From a candidate division FCPU426 bacterium (GTDB lineage: Bacteria; Oederibacteriota; Muellerivitia; Muellerivitales; Muellerivitaceae): a stretch of DNA of 64,000 nt. The stretch spans positions 64,001 to 128,000 of the forward strand of contig CAWHOE010000064.1 of assembly GCA_963830915.1 (NCBI GenBank), given 5' to 3'. Below the pieces are notes generated by a model. The model ran no database searches, was not told where the DNA came from, and saw only the letters and a program-made list of their open reading frames with translations. This document shows positions 60,461 to 64,000 of this stretch, one piece after another. Each line of letters begins with the position of its first letter. The stretch's first letter is position 1. Both the position numbers and the translations under genes were made by a program.

Positions 60461-61315
60461 ATGATCCTGGTCATCGGCGGTACGGGGAAAATCGGTCGAG
60501 AAGTAGTGCAAAAACTGGCGCAAGCGAAAGCCAAGACCAGGGTCCTGGGCCGAAGCGCCCAGAAGCTCGATGAGGCCCGGTCGTTAGGGTTGGAGACAGC
60601 CCTGGGAGACTATCTGGATATCCCCTCGGTGGAAAAAGCCCTGGCAGGAGCGGACCATCTGTTCCTCCTGACGGTCGCCACGCCTTCCCAAGGCTCGGAG
60701 GATATCGCCGTAATGGATGCCGCGAAAAGATCCGGAGTGAAACACATCGTTTATCTTTCCGCCATCGGCGCCGATATCCATTCCCCCCTTACCCTGGGAC
60801 AACAGCACGGTAAGGCCGAGGAGCATTTGAAATCCATGGGCTTGGGTTACACCATCCTCCAGCCCCATTCCTTCATGCAGAACCTCCTGGGCCAGGCCGG
60901 TTCCATCAAGGCGCAGGGTTCGTTGTACGGTAATTTCAAGGATGGCAAGGTCGCCATGGTGGACGCCCGAGATATCGCCTCCGTCGCAGTGGCCTGTTTG
61001 ACCCAGCCAGGTCATGAGGGGAAGACCTACGCCATTACAGGCGGCGAGGCGCTCAGTTATGCCCAGGTCGCGGAGAAATTCTCGACCCATTTGGTCAAGA
61101 AGGTGGCCTATGTGGATGTACCCTCGGAAGGACTGGTGAAGTCCATGACCGGCATGGGTTTCCCCGAATGGCTGGCTGGGGACCTGGCCAAGCTGGGGGA
61201 GGTTTTCGCGGCGGGCCATGGTTCGACTGTCTCGGATGTGGTGGAAAAGGTCACCCATCAAAAACCTATTACCCTGGACCAATTCATCCAGGACAACCTT
61301 CCCGCCTTCCGATAA
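60461..61315 (+). CDS. NmrA/SDR-like NAD(P)H oxidoreductase
   Basis: ILVIGGTGKIG, FMQNL, VDARDIA; RBS AAGGAG. Confidence 0.92.
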   Translation: MILVIGGTGKIGREVVQKLAQAKAKTRVLGRSAQKLDEARSLGLETALGDYLDIPSVEKALAGADHLFLLTVATPSQGSEDIAVMDAAKRSGVKHIVYLSAIGADIHSPLTLGQQHGKAEEHLKSMGLGYTILQPHSFMQNLLGQAGSIKAQGSLYGNFKDGKVAMVDARDIASVAVACLTQPGHEGKTYAITGGEALSYAQVAEKFSTHLVKKVAYVDVPSEGLVKSMTGMGFPEWLAGDLAKLGEVFAAGHGSTVSDVVEKVTHQKPITLDQFIQDNLPAFR

Positions 61316-61426
61316 ACGAGGATCGGCCCGATCCCCGGACGATTTTTTGTTTTCCGGGGATTGAATCATCCCCTTCCCTCTTCCCATTATCCCCAAAAGG
61401 ACCTATAGGAATCGAAAGGGGCTTTC

Positions 61427-62464
61427 ATGGATCTATTCACTTTTCTCAGCGGCCGCACCTCCGCTTTATCACAGGAAACCCCTGGAAACGGCCCAAATAT
61501 CCCTGATACGGACTTGTTGGACGCCTATTCCCAGGCCGTCATCCGTTCCTCCCAAAGGGTCAGTCCCTCGGTGGTGAAGATCGATGTTTATTCTAAATCC
61601 GCTGGTGAGAGTTCTCCTCGTCCCGCTGGAAGCGGTTCCGGTTTTATATTCACGCCCGACGGTTTCATCCTGACCAACAGCCATGTGGTCCACAACGGCG
61701 GGGACCTGGAAGCGACCGATTCGGACGGCCAGGTCCGTAAGGCCAGGCTCATCGGCGACGATCCCGATACCGACCTGGCGGTCATCCGGGTGGACGCGGT
61801 CGGGCTGAAGCCGGCCGTCCTGGGTTCTTCACGTCATTTACAGGTCGGTCAATTGGTGGTGGCCATTGGCAATCCATTGGGATTCCAAACGACCGTCACA
61901 GCCGGCGTGGTCAGCGCCTTGGGCCGGTCCCTGAGGGCCCGGTCCGGGCGGCTCATGGACAACATCATCCAGACCGACGCGGCCCTGAACCCGGGCAACT
62001 CGGGTGGACCGCTGGTGGATTCGCGGGGCGAGGTGGTGGGCGTCAACACCGCCACCATCCTGTCAGCCCAGGGACTTTGTTTCGCCATCGCCATCGACAC
62101 GGCCAAAAGGGTCGCCAGCCAGTTGATCCGTCATGGGAAAGTACGGCGCAGTTATATCGGCATCGGCGGCCAGAACATCGACCTATCCCGCCGGCTGACA
62201 CGCCACTTCGACCTGTCCGTCGGAAAGGGTGTGCTGGTAACCGCCGTGGAGGAAGGAAGCCCGGCCAAGGGCGCGGACCTTCGGGAGGGGGACGTCATCG
62301 TGGGGTTCGAGGGTTCGCCCGTGGAGACCCTGGATGACCTGCACCGTCTGCTGGGCGAGGAAAAAGTCGGGGCCGCGTCGGTCTTGATGGTCATCCGCCG
62401 TTCGGAAAAACTTTACCTGAGGATCATCCCGGCGGAACGGCGGCCCCAGGAGTTGCCCCAATAA
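61427..62464 (+). CDS. HtrA/S1C serine protease with PDZ domain, no signal peptide
   Basis: GSGF, TNSHV, DLAV, GNSGGPL. Confidence 0.93.
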   Translation: MDLFTFLSGRTSALSQETPGNGPNIPDTDLLDAYSQAVIRSSQRVSPSVVKIDVYSKSAGESSPRPAGSGSGFIFTPDGFILTNSHVVHNGGDLEATDSDGQVRKARLIGDDPDTDLAVIRVDAVGLKPAVLGSSRHLQVGQLVVAIGNPLGFQTTVTAGVVSALGRSLRARSGRLMDNIIQTDAALNPGNSGGPLVDSRGEVVGVNTATILSAQGLCFAIAIDTAKRVASQLIRHGKVRRSYIGIGGQNIDLSRRLTRHFDLSVGKGVLVTAVEEGSPAKGADLREGDVIVGFEGSPVETLDDLHRLLGEEKVGAASVLMVIRRSEKLYLRIIPAERRPQELPQ

Positions 62465-62516
62465 AAAAAGCCCCGCCCCCGCGTGGGGACAGGGCTTTCG
62501 TTCTTCTTGTAAGATC

Positions 62517-62912
62517 TTAAGCGCTCAAAGCTTCGGCTTTTTCCAGCGGTTGATCTTTCTGGATGTCCTCTCCCTCTGTCAAGGTCAGTTCCTTGCCGAC
62601 TTCGGCGATGGCCTTGAGGATGGGTCCCAGTTGTTTTCCCAGATCGGTGAGGGCGTATTCGACGGTGGGTGGTGATGTGTGCATGACGGTCCTGGTGATC
62701 ACCCCGCGATTTTCCAACTCGCGCAAACGGGTGGTCAAGACTTTCGCCGAGATCCTTCCCAGGTCCCTTTTCAGGTCCCCGAATCTCCTGGCTTCAGATT
62801 GAAGATACCAAAGGATCTTGGGGGTCCAGGCACCCGCCAAGAGTTTGAGACTTTCTTCTAAGGGACAGCCCTTTGGAACCGGCCCTGACTTATTAGCTCG
62901 ATGTGTTATCAT
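62517..62912 (-). CDS. HxlR family regulator
   Basis: N-terminal CP, ISAKVLTTRLRELE, VEYALT. Confidence 0.92.
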   Translation of the reverse strand: MITHRANKSGPVPKGCPLEESLKLLAGAWTPKILWYLQSEARRFGDLKRDLGRISAKVLTTRLRELENRGVITRTVMHTSPPTVEYALTDLGKQLGPILKAIAEVGKELTLTEGEDIQKDQPLEKAEALSA

Positions 62913-62956
62913 CGCTTTCCTCCCCTTTGAAATCGATGCAAGGCTAGACATAACAC

Positions 62957-62974
62957 GGTTACTTTGACGTAACC
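62957..62974. promoter_or_regulatory. Probable HxlR operator GGTTAC-N6-GTAACC
   Basis: Palindrome between the divergent hxlR and yceI genes. Confidence 0.5.
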
Positions 62975-63179
62975 AAAATTTTATTGGTTTCCCTTCGGCA
63001 CCTACTTTCTTTTAGTAATCAACATGACTATATATAAGTCCAAGTTGTTTGGAAAATCAACCCTGTGGGCTTAGGTCTTTCGTCATAACAAAGACGGTAA
63101 CAGGGGACTAAAAATCCGGTTTAAAACCCCGCATTTAAGGGTTTTCAACCATTCAAGATTAAGAAAGGATGAATAAGAC

Positions 63180-63860
63180 ATGAAGAAACTTTCGGTCTTT
63201 TTTGCGGTCGCCGCTCTTTTGTTGGCTTCCACGGCGAAAGCCACGGAATATGGTTTTGACAAAGCTCATTCCCACATCGGATTCTCGGTGAAACATATCC
63301 TCAGTAAGGTTCCGGGAGAGTTCAAGGATTACGATGGGACATTCAGTTTCGACCCGGCCAATCCTGAGAATGGCAAGGTCAATGTCACCATCCAGACCGC
63401 CAGCATCAGCACGGATAACGAGATGCGGGACCATCACCTGCAATCGCCCGATTTTTTTGACGCAGCCAAGTTCCCGACCTTGACTTTCGTCAGCACCAAG
63501 GTCAGCAAAGGGGATGGGGATAATCAATACAAGGTCGAAGGAGACCTGACCATTCACGGGGTCACCAAATCGGTCGTGTTGAACGTTGATTATCTTGGGG
63601 CCGATACCATGCCCATGGGCAAGGACGGTAAGATGACCGCCAATATCGTGGGTTTTTCCGCCACCACCAAGATCGACCGCAGGGATTACGGTTTGACTTT
63701 CAACAAAACCCTCGCCAGCGGTAACCTGATGGTCAGCAATGACGTGGATATCACCCTGGATATCGCCGGGATGGACAAAGCCAGCTTGGACAAGATGATG
63801 AAAATGATGAAAGCTAGCGCCCCAGCCAAGAAGGATGAGAAGGCCGACGACAAGAAATAA
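63180..63860 (+). CDS. YceI family lipid/polyisoprenoid-binding protein
   Basis: Signal peptide, DKAHS, RDHHLQSPDFF, GDLTIHGVTK. Confidence 0.93.
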   Translation: MKKLSVFFAVAALLLASTAKATEYGFDKAHSHIGFSVKHILSKVPGEFKDYDGTFSFDPANPENGKVNVTIQTASISTDNEMRDHHLQSPDFFDAAKFPTLTFVSTKVSKGDGDNQYKVEGDLTIHGVTKSVVLNVDYLGADTMPMGKDGKMTANIVGFSATTKIDRRDYGLTFNKTLASGNLMVSNDVDITLDIAGMDKASLDKMMKMMKASAPAKKDEKADDKK

Positions 63861-63873
63861 GGATAAAACAGGG

Positions 63874-63909
63874 AAAAGGGCCGGAGCGAAAGCTTCGGTC
63901 CTTTTTTTT
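63874..63909 (+). terminator. Rho-independent terminator
   Basis: gggccggagc-gaaa-gcttcggtcc plus T-run. Confidence 0.8.
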
Positions 63910-64000
63910 GCCCCGGGCGTGACTTCCCGGTGTCTTTACTACCCGAATCATGCCAATGCTAGTAAAATAGTCCTGGTGAGTAAAAGGGAGGAAGTATGGA

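Overview
64 kb of GC-rich bacterial chromosome; several secreted proteins carry Thr/Pro-rich tails, but the lineage cannot be assigned from this window. No rRNA, tRNA, CRISPR array or transposase was seen. Three blocks: (1) 1-13.7 kb, a Cys-rich Crp/Fnr regulator missed by the ORF track, a Pat-type acyl-CoA ligase/GNAT fusion, a cytochrome c plus Cyc2-like porin-cytochrome, VIT1, a Rieske + cytochrome b/di-haem c complex and a hemerythrin; (2) 13.7-39.5 kb, a TonB/ExbBD/two-receptor/phosphoesterase cluster opposite a CusRS-like pair, plus GH12, tag, an esterase and signalling genes; (3) 39.6-64 kb, an A-type haem-copper oxidase operon with YwiC, a desaturase, two Ric/ScdA proteins, a DUF2249 protein, a second Crp/Fnr, a P-type ATPase and a haem-type radical SAM. 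The main hidden signal is a palindrome TATGAC-N4-GTCATA found 13 times, only between genes; in most cases it lies exactly 21 nt upstream of a -10-like hexamer (class II, -41.5 geometry). It appears to link the Cyc2 and Rieske/b modules, Fe-S repair genes and a candidate sRNA into one putative Crp/Fnr regulon. The second signal is a near-invariant 52-bp mini-element inserted at the same CA dinucleotide in 3 of 4 divergent copies of a REP-like repeat, with one empty site present. Five single-base indels in homopolymer or doubled-base contexts look like long-read assembly errors.
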